Source: a virus. Taken from it: 64,000 bases of DNA. Shown piece by piece: positions 18,185 to 27,252 of the stretch. A program made the position numbers and the translations under genes. Within the stretch, counting starts at the first letter, position 1; every line of letters begins with the position of its first letter. The notes below the pieces were generated by a model, which saw only the letters and a list, made by a program, of their open reading frames with translations, made no database searches and had not been told where the DNA came from. The stretch lies in IMG/VR virus record IMGVR_UViG_3300028030_000009, positions 13,082-77,081 of that record, one strand, 5' to 3'.

Positions 18185-18794
18185 TTTTGGCCTCCTTAAG
18201 TTTGTTTTCAATTGCAATTGCAGCCTCCGCCGCTAAGTTTACTTGTTCTACATCAAAGTCTGCCAACCAAATCCATGTACCGTCGCGCTGCTTTCTGTAC
18301 AAGCCAATCATGTCTGCCTCTGCAATTCCTGCTTCTTCAAACTCCTCCTCTCCATCGCCTGAATATACTTTTTTTACAGGTCTAAACTGAACATGTTCAA
18401 GTGAATTGAGCTTATCGGCATGATTGTCGTAGTCATGAATTCTGATAAGTTTTTTTACCTCATCGGCAGACGGAAATGCAATTGATATAGACAGCACATC
18501 GTTTTTGTACACACCGAAACTATCGCAATTTGAGCCAACCCGCTCTTCTGTTTTTACAAGCGACACCTCATCAGCATATGGAATCATTTTTTCAGCATAA
18601 ATGCATTCTTCTCCTTCCTTGCTTTTGATTGAGTCAATGTTGGCAATATATTCTCCGTCTTCGATATCCCCAATAACCGTTACATTTGCTTCGGCGCCAT
18701 CGTATGTTGCGATTGCATTTCCGTTATCAACGCTGATGATTGCTACGACGCCAGTGTCGTAAAGGTTTTTTGTTGAAATTGTCTTTGTTTCCAT
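18174..18794 (-). CDS. Hypothetical protein
   Basis: RBS AAGGA. Confidence 0.8.
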   Translation of the reverse strand: METKTISTKNLYDTGVVAIISVDNGNAIATYDGAEANVTVIGDIEDGEYIANIDSIKSKEGEECIYAEKMIPYADEVSLVKTEERVGSNCDSFGVYKNDVLSISIAFPSADEVKKLIRIHDYDNHADKLNSLEHVQFRPVKKVYSGDGEEEFEEAGIAEADMIGLYRKQRDGTWIWLADFDVEQVNLAAEAAIAIENKLKEAKNAK

Positions 18795-18822
18795 AGTGTT
18801 CCTTATATTTGTTTGTTTTTTA

Positions 18823-19386
18823 TTACGACTTGCATGTTCCGAGTGTAAGTTCTGTTAATGTGTCAAAGTCTATTTTGCCTGACAAGAATGTCTCAAAAAC
18901 TTTACACGGAATGTCGGGAGAGTACAGCCCACCACCCATGGCTTTTCTGAGCTCGTCTTTTACTATAGCTATAGCAAATTTATCAAGCTTTTCATCGGAA
19001 AGCTTGACGAGCTTGGAGTAGTGATGAATCAGGGATACTGACTCTGGATAACAATATCCGTCCTCACAATAACCGGAAACATCAAACGAGAATCCGATGG
19101 TATTTTTTGGATTTGACCTCATATAGTCAACTGCCTCAAAAAGTTCATCGATTTCGTACTTATCAAGCATAACGCCTTGCGCAGACGGAAATGATGCAAC
19201 CTCACTCTCGGCACGGTCTATGAGCATCGTTTTGATTCTTTTTTTTCTGTCATCTTCCTCTTTTCTGATATTGCTTAGGACATTGTTCAAAACTCCATCT
19301 TTTTCAGCTTGAGCAAGCGATGCATGCACCTCTGCGATTTCTTTTTTTGCTTCTTCAATCTTTTTAAGCACCTCTTTGTTAGTCAT
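18823..19386 (-). CDS. Hypothetical coiled-coil protein
   Basis: RBS AAGGAGG. Confidence 0.8.
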   Translation of the reverse strand: MTNKEVLKKIEEAKKEIAEVHASLAQAEKDGVLNNVLSNIRKEEDDRKKRIKTMLIDRAESEVASFPSAQGVMLDKYEIDELFEAVDYMRSNPKNTIGFSFDVSGYCEDGYCYPESVSLIHHYSKLVKLSDEKLDKFAIAIVKDELRKAMGGGLYSPDIPCKVFETFLSGKIDFDTLTELTLGTCKS

Positions 19387-19400
19387 GTCAATCCTCCTTT

Positions 19401-20132
19401 TTATACATATTGTTCTAGTGTGTACCTCAGGTCTTCACTCATGTCGCTGATATTCTCAAGCATCCATTGCAAATACCCTGGGTTTTCAGAAGCAACATCG
19501 CTTATGCGTTGCCCTTTGTATTTTCCAAACGGAAACTCTTTTACCTTAACTGGCTGTTTTGTCAACCTTAGAAGTGTAGCCACATGCCCGTCAACCTTGT
19601 CAAGCAAGTGCATCGCTAACAAATATAGCATCATTGTGTCATACATTGCATTATGGGCGCCAAGACAAGAAGTGTCTATTTTTAGCTTGCTTGCTAGGTC
19701 ATCCATTTTTCTGTTGAGCCCATATTGGTAATATAGCACGCCAAGAGAATAGCCCTCTGCATCTTCAAGCAAGTGCTTTGAGCACCTTAGGGTGTCTACT
19801 ACTGGGTATTCTGGAGACGCTCCATTTCTGCTGAGCATCTTGATATCAAAATCTGCGTTATGCGCAAAGCCGACACACCTTGTCATGCCTCTCTTTTTGA
19901 ATCGACTCACCATCTCAATAGAGTCTGAGAGCATAGGCTTGTCGGCAAGATATTCGTTTGTTAATCCATGAATTGCCATTGCCTTAAACCCAACTGGCTT
20001 CGACGGCTTGAATTCTTTCACGAACGGAGTTAGCTTTTCTCCAGCCATATCAATATACGCAAGCTGGACCACCTCATCGTCTTCATCAAAACCTGTAGTC
20101 TCTGTGTCAAAAAAAGTGAACCTCATCCTCAT
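19401..20132 (-). CDS. DEDDh 3'-5' exonuclease (ExoX/DnaQ-like) with a C-terminal FPFGKYKG domain
   Basis: FFDTETTG, AHNADFD and AHNAMYD motifs; FPFGKYKG...YLQW. Confidence 0.92.
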   Translation of the reverse strand: MRMRFTFFDTETTGFDEDDEVVQLAYIDMAGEKLTPFVKEFKPSKPVGFKAMAIHGLTNEYLADKPMLSDSIEMVSRFKKRGMTRCVGFAHNADFDIKMLSRNGASPEYPVVDTLRCSKHLLEDAEGYSLGVLYYQYGLNRKMDDLASKLKIDTSCLGAHNAMYDTMMLYLLAMHLLDKVDGHVATLLRLTKQPVKVKEFPFGKYKGQRISDVASENPGYLQWMLENISDMSEDLRYTLEQYV

Positions 20133-20553
20133 CCTTCATTGAAAATTTCGCTATCCACTCTGGCCCCCAAGACTCAAAATCGTCATCTAGGCTTACCTTG
20201 TCATACATTTCACAGTACCATTTATCACACTCACCACCTATCTCGAACTTTAGAGCAATTTCTCTTGTTCTTTTCATTAGAAAAACGTACAGCTCAGCAG
20301 TCCCATCTGGAGCAATATTTGTTTTTGTCCTAGTGATGGAACATGCCATGCGCTCATGAGCAATTCTATGCTTTGCCACTTGCTTGCCTTTGGCTGATAG
20401 AGCACATGTAAAGTGCTTACAGTTGTCAATTTCGACCGAAAGAGAATATTGCTCGCCGCCAATTTTTACCTCAAATGTAGCACTTTTATCTGAAGCATTT
20501 GCGATGACTGCATGTGTCGCCATGCAATCTCTCATTGGAATCTCGTATCGCAT
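20107..20553 (-). CDS. Hypothetical protein, tandem paralog A
   Basis: Colinear similarity to 20597-20995. Confidence 0.75.
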   Translation of the reverse strand: MRYEIPMRDCMATHAVIANASDKSATFEVKIGGEQYSLSVEIDNCKHFTCALSAKGKQVAKHRIAHERMACSITRTKTNIAPDGTAELYVFLMKRTREIALKFEIGGECDKWYCEMYDKVSLDDDFESWGPEWIAKFSMKDEDEVHFF

Positions 20554-20596
20554 TTTAAAAATCCTTTCTTTGCAAGAAAATACCGTTTCTTTGCAT

Positions 20597-20995
20597 TTAG
20601 GCTAGTCTGAACTGATGCTCGCTGGAAAGTTTCCACGCCTCGAAATCGTCATTTTCTTCAGCATGGTAAACGCTGCAGTATCCAATCACACCGTGACCTC
20701 CGACCTCAAACCTTACAACAATCTTGTTTTTCTTCTTCAGGAGATGAATATACATAAACACTTCTCCATCATCCTCGTGTACGACCGCATCGGTTATCTT
20801 GCATGCTACAGACTCGTGGAGCACCCTATTTTCAAGTACTTTTTTTTCGCAGCACCTGAATTCATACACAAACGAGTTACAGTTTTCAACATCGATAGTT
20901 AGTGAATACTTGTTGCCAGAAAGCTCAAAATTGAATACAGCATGCTTATCTGAACACAGTACAACCTCCGCATTAGATGCGCTATAATTGTCCAT
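20597..20995 (-). CDS. Hypothetical protein, tandem paralog B
   Basis: SDKxAxF...YSLxxxxxNC...HE...FExGG...YC...DDFExW shared with paralog A. Confidence 0.75.
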   Translation of the reverse strand: MDNYSASNAEVVLCSDKHAVFNFELSGNKYSLTIDVENCNSFVYEFRCCEKKVLENRVLHESVACKITDAVVHEDDGEVFMYIHLLKKKNKIVVRFEVGGHGVIGYCSVYHAEENDDFEAWKLSSEHQFRLA

Positions 20996-20997
20996 GT

Positions 20998-21594
20998 CTA
21001 CTCCTCATCATCATACGGTTCGTACCAAGGCGACTCTGAATACTCGCCTTCGTATTCGCTGATAATTTCTCCATTTTCAGCCTCAACCTTTCTGTAATAG
21101 AACATCCCTGAGTCTCCATCTTCAAATACACCAGAGAGCCCATACTCCTTCACTATCGTCACAAACCACTCATAAGGCCCATTCCATGGCGACATAAACG
21201 AGAAGAACGCCCAGCATTCGTCTTTGTTGTGGCTGCACGAAATATCGTGCGCCAAGTCGTCTTTGTCGATGTTCCATTTTGTTCCCCAGTTTTTTAGAGC
21301 CCAATCATACCAGTCGTTAGCCCCGCACCTGTTTACGACAGAGTCTTTTATCTTTGAAAGACCGAATCTGCACGGGCTGTTTTCATTGTCTTTTTTGTAC
21401 TTTCTGCACTCTTTGGCATACTCTCTCCACTCTTCTTTCGACACAACATCACAAGGAGCAGTGTACACTTTTAGTGGGGCTGGCATTTTTGTTTTTCCCC
21501 AGTCATAGCCATGCTCTACTGTGTTTTCATACACCTCCTTGACCGCATCTTTTTTCCCACGAATTTCAATGTTTACGTCTGCCCAATTTGGCAT
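20998..21594 (-). CDS. DUF1281/YubB-like ferredoxin-fold phage protein
   Basis: MPNW...DWYDWALKNWGTKWN...FxSPW motif. Confidence 0.75.
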   Translation of the reverse strand: MPNWADVNIEIRGKKDAVKEVYENTVEHGYDWGKTKMPAPLKVYTAPCDVVSKEEWREYAKECRKYKKDNENSPCRFGLSKIKDSVVNRCGANDWYDWALKNWGTKWNIDKDDLAHDISCSHNKDECWAFFSFMSPWNGPYEWFVTIVKEYGLSGVFEDGDSGMFYYRKVEAENGEIISEYEGEYSESPWYEPYDDEE

Positions 21595-21607
21595 GTCTCA
21601 CCCCCTA

Positions 21608-21811
21608 TTATTTAGAAAAAATTTTCTCATCATCACTGTTGTAGATGTCAATTACATCGGCCTCGAAATTTACCCACACAATGTCGTCTTCTTTGCTTAC
21701 AGACACCACTGGGCCAGAAATAAAGTGCCTATCGCCAACAGATTTGCACAGAACATCGTCGTCTAGCTCAAAGTTGTCTAGCATAAAAAGCACAAGCTCT
21801 TTTACTGTCAC
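21608..21811 (-). CDS. Small hypothetical protein
   Basis: GTG start with RBS AAGGAGG. Confidence 0.65.
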   Translation of the reverse strand: MTVKELVLFMLDNFELDDDVLCKSVGDRHFISGPVVSVSKEDDIVWVNFEADVIDIYNSDDEKIFSK

Positions 21812-21853
21812 GTTTTCCTCCTTTTTGCCATAACTGCAAAATAGCAGCAAGAA

Positions 21854-22075
21854 CTATTCTGCGCTATCTGTATTGCAGAGCTGCTCTTCGTCAAAGAAGA
21901 AATCGATATCTTCATCGTTTTCTCCACCAGCGCACCCAGCAGGGATATAGGAGTCCCCGTCTATTTTTCCGTTGTTCCTGATTGCTTCAAGAACCTTTTT
22001 GCCATCATCAATCATGTCTTTATCAATCTCGAAACTTACTCCAAGACGAATCCATGCTTTTACCTTTTTACTCAT
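21854..22075 (-). CDS. Small hypothetical protein (WxRLGV...GDSYIP)
   Basis: ORF in operon. Confidence 0.7.
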   Translation of the reverse strand: MSKKVKAWIRLGVSFEIDKDMIDDGKKVLEAIRNNGKIDGDSYIPAGCAGGENDEDIDFFFDEEQLCNTDSAE

Positions 22076-22646
22076 CCTCGCACGCTCCTTCTTCTTCAAT
22101 GTCATCAAACTCAAACTCAAGCTCGCCAACTTCTTTCATATCTGAGGCTGTACACTCGTCAGCAATTTTGATTGCCTCATCTTCGCTATTTGCGCATACC
22201 TCGACAACAAAAGTCTCTGTTTGCTTGTAATACACTCGGTATTTTTTCATTTTCCCCTCCTTGTTTTCTGTTTTTAGTTCTACCTTCTTTTCGAAAATTG
22301 CATAGTCTTTCTCTGCGTCAACGTTGTATACAACAACACTGAATGTTTTAGAGTTTTTATCAAAAACACCTGTGACTGTATGTATATCGCCGCCACTCTC
22401 AAAGACACCTTTGTTTATGATTTTTGTTCCACTGTCATCATCGTCTGCTACGGCACGCAGTACTTTCTTAAACCCTTTTGGCACTTCGATGTTTTCATCA
22501 AACAAGACGCTGTTGTTCTTAACCAACGACAAATACACGAAAGCATCGTTTTGCCATCCAAAATAGAATTTATACTCATCTGCGCCATCCGTAAAAACAA
22601 ACTTGGCATACCTGTCTTTTATCTCAGACCCAAAAAAACTAATCAC
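22068..22646 (-). CDS. Two-domain ORF with an in-frame internal start at 22250; C-terminal DpnD/PcfM-like domain
   Basis: Internal AAGGAGGGG-AAA-ATG; MKKYRVYY...EVCANSEDEAIK. Confidence 0.7.
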   Translation of the reverse strand: MISFFGSEIKDRYAKFVFTDGADEYKFYFGWQNDAFVYLSLVKNNSVLFDENIEVPKGFKKVLRAVADDDDSGTKIINKGVFESGGDIHTVTGVFDKNSKTFSVVVYNVDAEKDYAIFEKKVELKTENKEGKMKKYRVYYKQTETFVVEVCANSEDEAIKIADECTASDMKEVGELEFEFDDIEEEGACEDE

Positions 22647-22698
22647 ACCGCTAACCTCCTATTTGTCTATGTGTTATAATTATGAAAAAAGGACATAT

Positions 22699-22998
22699 AT
22701 GACACTGCTATCAAAAATGGCCTCAGGTCAGAATCCGTATTCGCCTAAATCTTTGAAGTTTGGAGTAACGCTGAAGAAAAAAATCCACAAGCAGAGCACG
22801 CGCTCAAAACTTGCAGAGAAGTTTGGCAACAAGGCTTTCTTGATGCCTCAAGAGAAAAAATTTCCGATAATCAACCCAAACACTGGAAAAGTTAGCTGCA
22901 AGCTCCTAAAAGCAGCCAAAATTCGTGCATCACAGCATGGGTATTCCGATGTTATTAGCAAGGCAGATAAGCTTCTACAAGAGCACGGCTGCATGTAG
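22699..22998 (+). CDS. Small basic protein; solitary + strand gene
   Basis: TGTTATAAT 22672-22680; RBS AAGGA; MTLLSKMASG...AFLMPQEKKFPI. Confidence 0.8.
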   Translation: MTLLSKMASGQNPYSPKSLKFGVTLKKKIHKQSTRSKLAEKFGNKAFLMPQEKKFPIINPNTGKVSCKLLKAAKIRASQHGYSDVISKADKLLQEHGCM

Positions 22999-23000
22999 GA

Positions 23001-23378
23001 TTACCCGAACTCCTCCCATGCAACAATCTTTGCTCCCAGAGAATTGAGTGGCTCTGGAAGAGAGAAGTTTTGGATTGTAAAAAAACCATCCTCAACAATC
23101 TCTCCTATATCAGGGTCATCTTGCTCTGTGTATGAATAAGAGATTCCTAGGTCGTACCCGGTCTTGTTTAGGAAGCACTCTGCAAGCTCAATCCATGCAT
23201 CACGAATCGGCTTTGACTCAGGCATATCTTCATAGTCTACAACATATTCTCGTAGCGAAACTCCCTTGTCTTCTAAGGCCGTGATAAACCTATCATACTG
23301 CTCTTTACACATTTTCTCTACACTATCAGATGGAATGTAAACATCCCATGCACCATAAGACATCATCCCCATTTTCAA
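23001..23378 (-). CDS. Hypothetical protein
   Basis: ORF in operon. Confidence 0.7.
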   Translation of the reverse strand: MKMGMMSYGAWDVYIPSDSVEKMCKEQYDRFITALEDKGVSLREYVVDYEDMPESKPIRDAWIELAECFLNKTGYDLGISYSYTEQDDPDIGEIVEDGFFTIQNFSLPEPLNSLGAKIVAWEEFG

Positions 23379-23590
23379 TCCTTACAAAATTTATCCAACA
23401 GAGCAATCAACGTAATACCAAATAAAAAAGACACTGATGACATCGTTGCCCCTCGCAGCACTACCCAATCAGTACCATCAACAACAATTCTTACGATACA
23501 AAAAATTGAAAGCAGGCCGGACAGGACAAAGAAGCCAAGCATAAACCCAAAGACTATCTGACACAGAACTTCTCTTGCATTTTTGCTCAT
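23375..23590 (-). CDS. Two-TM membrane protein
   Basis: Two hydrophobic segments. Confidence 0.7.
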   Translation of the reverse strand: MSKNAREVLCQIVFGFMLGFFVLSGLLSIFCIVRIVVDGTDWVVLRGATMSSVSFLFGITLIALLDKFCKD

Positions 23591-23820
23591 TTTTTGTCCT
23601 TACACTCGTAAACCCCAGTAAGCGTTTCCTCTGTTGTCTCTGACGTATCAATAATAGATTCGTCAACAACCACGAATTCAGCAAATACTTCCCCGATGCC
23701 GTCGTTCATTGCACTCTCTACTTTTTTGATAGCCTCCTCTTTGTTGTCTGCTTCAATTTCGATTGTGTATTCATTGACAGCCGTTTCAACACACTCTATT
23801 GTCGCGCAATATTTCGCCAT
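23587..23820 (-). CDS. DpnD/PcfM-like small protein
   Basis: KY...IEIEADNKEEAIKKV. Confidence 0.65.
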   Translation of the reverse strand: MAKYCATIECVETAVNEYTIEIEADNKEEAIKKVESAMNDGIGEVFAEFVVVDESIIDTSETTEETLTGVYECKDKK

Positions 23821-23823
23821 AGT

Positions 23824-24066
23824 TTACCCCTTGTAGTTTGTTTGATTGATTTTTTCAATGATTCTGTCAAATAAAAACTTCTCATCACGAGCAACGATGA
23901 ACATCAACGGATTCTTTTTGAAGTGCTCAAACTTCTCCATCAGATACCCCTCGTCCTCATAGACATCCTGCATCAACTCTTTGAATATGTCAAAATTAAC
24001 ACGATTCCATGTGTATTTTGCAAACAGTCTTGCACACTCATATAACTCATCTTTGTTCTCAAGCAT
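23824..24066 (-). CDS. Hypothetical protein
   Basis: RBS AAGGAGG. Confidence 0.7.
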   Translation of the reverse strand: MLENKDELYECARLFAKYTWNRVNFDIFKELMQDVYEDEGYLMEKFEHFKKNPLMFIVARDEKFLFDRIIEKINQTNYKG

Positions 24067-24251
24067 GTTACCTCCTTTTGCTATCACCTACAATACCGCT
24101 TCCGTCAACATAGTCAACAATTTGCATGTCGCTTCTTCTTACAATAGCTGATTCGCCATATTTGTTGACAACCTCATCAAAATGTTCTCTTGAGAAGAAC
24201 GAGCCGCTAGTGCCTCTTATCATCCTACGCCTTGAGAACCTTTTGTGCATC

Positions 24252-24581
24252 TCAGCAACCCCCAATGTGCGGGATGACGTTGACTCTTTCCCCGCACCCA
24301 TCACATTCAATGACTGTGCAACCTTCTCCATAAACGTAGTCACTAATTTCACAAGCTCCCTCATTTGCTACCTCCTGCCTCTCTATATCAAATCCTAGCG
24401 CCTCACCAGCTTTTTTTCTGATGTTTTCGTCGTAAATGTAGACACAGTCATCAACACCAAGTTCTTTTGCAATATCGTCATCGCAGATTTCGAATCCGTT
24501 ATGGTGACATTTCGAGCAATCCCAACTACGACTAACAATCATTGCTTCAGAACCGCACTTTCCACACACTATTTTTTCCAT
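24252..24581 (-). CDS. Zinc-ribbon protein
   Basis: CGKC, CSKC, CDGC. Confidence 0.7.
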   Translation of the reverse strand: MEKIVCGKCGSEAMIVSRSWDCSKCHHNGFEICDDDIAKELGVDDCVYIYDENIRKKAGEALGFDIERQEVANEGACEISDYVYGEGCTVIECDGCGERVNVIPHIGGC

Positions 24582-24584
24582 TTC

Positions 24585-25466
24585 TTACCCCCAAACAAGC
24601 TTTATAGCTGAGCCGTCGCTAACAAATTGAAACTTATCTGGCGCCTTGGCAGTTCCATTCATAATGTCGTCTGTTGTAATGATAATTGCAGGGTCTCTCA
24701 TTTTTTCACCAAATATTGTCAAAATTGGCAAGCTGTCCCCCTTCTTAAGGGCTCTCGCAATGGTTCTTCTTGGTGTGAGCGAGCAATAGCACATTCTGTT
24801 GAATGCGTCTGCGTCTTGAAATTTTTTTTCAATCACAGCATAGTATTCCTCCACTACTCCTGGCAGCTTGTCGGTACTTCTCTTTACTGGCTTTTTACAC
24901 CGTCCGTCAATGAGAAGCTCTTCCATATCCTCAACAGATGAACTCTCCAGCAGTTTTACAACCTCTTCATACTCCTCTTTCGTTGCCTTGTCTAGAAAAA
25001 CAGGAGACATTTCTCTTAGGACGTTTTCGGATATGACATTTTTTTTGCGAGAAAAAATCTCATCGTCAGATACATCTGTGCTACGCTTATTGTTCAATTT
25101 TTTATCAATAGAAAGACTCATATATCCGTCTCTCGAATAGAACATCGACGCAGCATGTACATCTTCAGTGACAACGATAACAGCCCCGCCACCCACAGAG
25201 CCAAACACACTTGATATTTTTAATCTGACAGCGCTTATCTTCGCCGTCCCCTTTCCAACAGTGTAGTTCTTTCCTATAAAAAAGAACTCAGTTGCATCCT
25301 CCTCTAGTAGCAGCTCCGTGGCAACCTGTCCCCTTACAGCCGCTGCCTGCTCCCAGCTTTTCCCGTGTAGCATTTTATTTATTTTGTTACCGCATTTTGA
25401 ACAGAACTTGATAATCTCATCATCAGAGAATTCAACATAGTTTCCGCAGTTGCACTTTACTTTCAT
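24585..25466 (-). CDS. Hypothetical protein with an N-terminal zinc ribbon
   Basis: CNCG...CSKCG; RBS GGAGG. Confidence 0.8.
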   Translation of the reverse strand: MKVKCNCGNYVEFSDDEIIKFCSKCGNKINKMLHGKSWEQAAAVRGQVATELLLEEDATEFFFIGKNYTVGKGTAKISAVRLKISSVFGSVGGGAVIVVTEDVHAASMFYSRDGYMSLSIDKKLNNKRSTDVSDDEIFSRKKNVISENVLREMSPVFLDKATKEEYEEVVKLLESSSVEDMEELLIDGRCKKPVKRSTDKLPGVVEEYYAVIEKKFQDADAFNRMCYCSLTPRRTIARALKKGDSLPILTIFGEKMRDPAIIITTDDIMNGTAKAPDKFQFVSDGSAIKLVWG

Positions 25467-25468
25467 TG

Positions 25469-25984
25469 TTACCTCCCAAAAGTCATTGTCCTTCCAACCA
25501 CACCAATCAGCTCATACTCAGCGAAAACGTTTTCATAGAATTCGATAAGTGAGTCGTCATGATATGACGCCGTCAGGAATACAGAAAACCCATCCGTTTG
25601 GGTCTCCAGCCATCTCAACATCATTGTCCCATATCCCTTTCCGCGAAACTGCGGCTCAATTTCTATTGACTGAAGATATATATCGCCTGGGCAAAACACA
25701 TCAACAAGCGAGTTTTCTGCAGCCTCTAGAGCCTCAATGTCGCATGAAAACATGTCTATCAGTTCAGAGCGGCTCCTTTCCTCGTCTTCAATCCTGTAAG
25801 ACATTGTTCCTATTTTTATATTTTCACATCCAGATGATAAAAACAATGTTGATTCTTTGATATCTAGCTGACCGTCATCAACGCATGTTGTTGACATAAT
25901 ATGGTCTTCATCTATTTTTTCAACACGAAACACTTTGGCAATCCTTATTTGGTTTTTTGGGCCAATTCTACCAAAGCATTTCAA
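25469..25984 (-). CDS. GNAT-family acetyltransferase
   Basis: IEIEPQFRGKGYGT acetyl-CoA motif A; LIEFYE. Confidence 0.85.
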   Translation of the reverse strand: MKCFGRIGPKNQIRIAKVFRVEKIDEDHIMSTTCVDDGQLDIKESTLFLSSGCENIKIGTMSYRIEDEERSRSELIDMFSCDIEALEAAENSLVDVFCPGDIYLQSIEIEPQFRGKGYGTMMLRWLETQTDGFSVFLTASYHDDSLIEFYENVFAEYELIGVVGRTMTFGR

Positions 25985-25993
25985 TTACTCAAA

Positions 25994-26446
25994 CTATTTG
26001 CTTTCGTCCTCCTGTCCAGAGCCAACGATTTCATTCATAACAAAATCAATTGTCTCCTTAATCTCTTCGGTTGTCAAATCATCATTGTCAACGATACTCT
26101 TCTTTCCTGCAAGCCTGATTTCATCGTCGATTTCGGGCATTGTAACAAGCGCCATCATTAGAAAGTTATCATAATCTTCTTCTGGCAGCACATTGGCATG
26201 CCCCTCGCCAGTATATACCTTTCCGTACTTTATCTTTGCAATAGGGTATTTTCCAAGGACAATGGTGCCAGTATCGTCAAACTCCTTGTTCTCTTCATCA
26301 AGACCTACATCAAATTTGTACTTGCTGTATTTTTCAACTGCATCCTTGAATCCGTCAGCCGACATAAGCATTGGCATCAATTCTGCTCCATCTCTTGGTC
26401 TAACCTCAATAACAACACCGAAATCAAGATTGATATTTTTATTCAT
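25994..26446 (-). CDS. Acidic hypothetical protein
   Basis: RBS AAGGAG. Confidence 0.75.
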   Translation of the reverse strand: MNKNINLDFGVVIEVRPRDGAELMPMLMSADGFKDAVEKYSKYKFDVGLDEENKEFDDTGTIVLGKYPIAKIKYGKVYTGEGHANVLPEEDYDNFLMMALVTMPEIDDEIRLAGKKSIVDNDDLTTEEIKETIDFVMNEIVGSGQEDESK

Positions 26447-26459
26447 AGTTTTCTCCTTT

Positions 26460-26708
26460 TTATGCGTCAAATGTCATTGCATCAACTTCTTCTTCAGAAT
26501 AGCCTTCTGTATCAACATAGAAACCATACTCTGCGCCTATTGCTTTCTCTACCGTCTCAAGTCGTCCGTCAAAATCAAACCCGCCACAAGAAATACATGA
26601 CTCATTCTCGTACCAATTGATTCTTCCGCACTTTTCACACACCTTGAAATCTGTCGGCTTCATTAGAACCTGGTCAAATCTGAATTCCATCTTACTCATC
26701 CTCCTCAA
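26460..26708 (-). CDS. Zinc-ribbon protein
   Basis: CEKCGRINWYENESCISCG. Confidence 0.7.
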   Translation of the reverse strand: MRRMSKMEFRFDQVLMKPTDFKVCEKCGRINWYENESCISCGGFDFDGRLETVEKAIGAEYGFYVDTEGYSEEEVDAMTFDA

Positions 26709-27240
26709 AGAAAAATTTTTTATAGTTTGAATATCCGCCTGTCTCTTGCTGTACCCGCATCCTAATCAGCGCATTTTCTTCATATTCGCTGAGGTTTTCA
26801 ATCCTCTGCGCTCGCACTGGCGATTTGCCATCGATGATATAGTACGCCAATTCAATAGCATCGTCTAGGTATGCTCCGTTTTTTGCTTCCGCTATCACAG
26901 AACAATTAAGTTCTGCGATGTAAATTATAGATATGCCTCTTGCATGCCTAAGAACCGCGGCAACCTCGTCTTTCCCAACATCTTTTTTTTGCAGAATATG
27001 CACAAGATTGCTTTTTGGCCTAAATCTATTGAATAGATTCTCCGAAGCTGTTGTGTCGGTATACTCTTCGATTGCGTCAAGAACATGCTCATAGTTGTAT
27101 CTATTCTTCTCATACCACTCAACAAAGTCCTCGGAGGACTCTACAATTTCAGCGGCAGAGCAGAACACCTCAAGCGACCTATTAACATAGTGGCACCCAT
27201 GTTGCTTCGCAAAGAATGGGTATGTAATGGTATACGCCAT
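26692..27240 (-). CDS. Hypothetical protein
   Basis: RBS AAGGAGG. Confidence 0.75.
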   Translation of the reverse strand: MAYTITYPFFAKQHGCHYVNRSLEVFCSAAEIVESSEDFVEWYEKNRYNYEHVLDAIEEYTDTTASENLFNRFRPKSNLVHILQKKDVGKDEVAAVLRHARGISIIYIAELNCSVIAEAKNGAYLDDAIELAYYIIDGKSPVRAQRIENLSEYEENALIRMRVQQETGGYSNYKKFFFEEDE

Positions 27241-27252
27241 TGCTTCTCCTCC

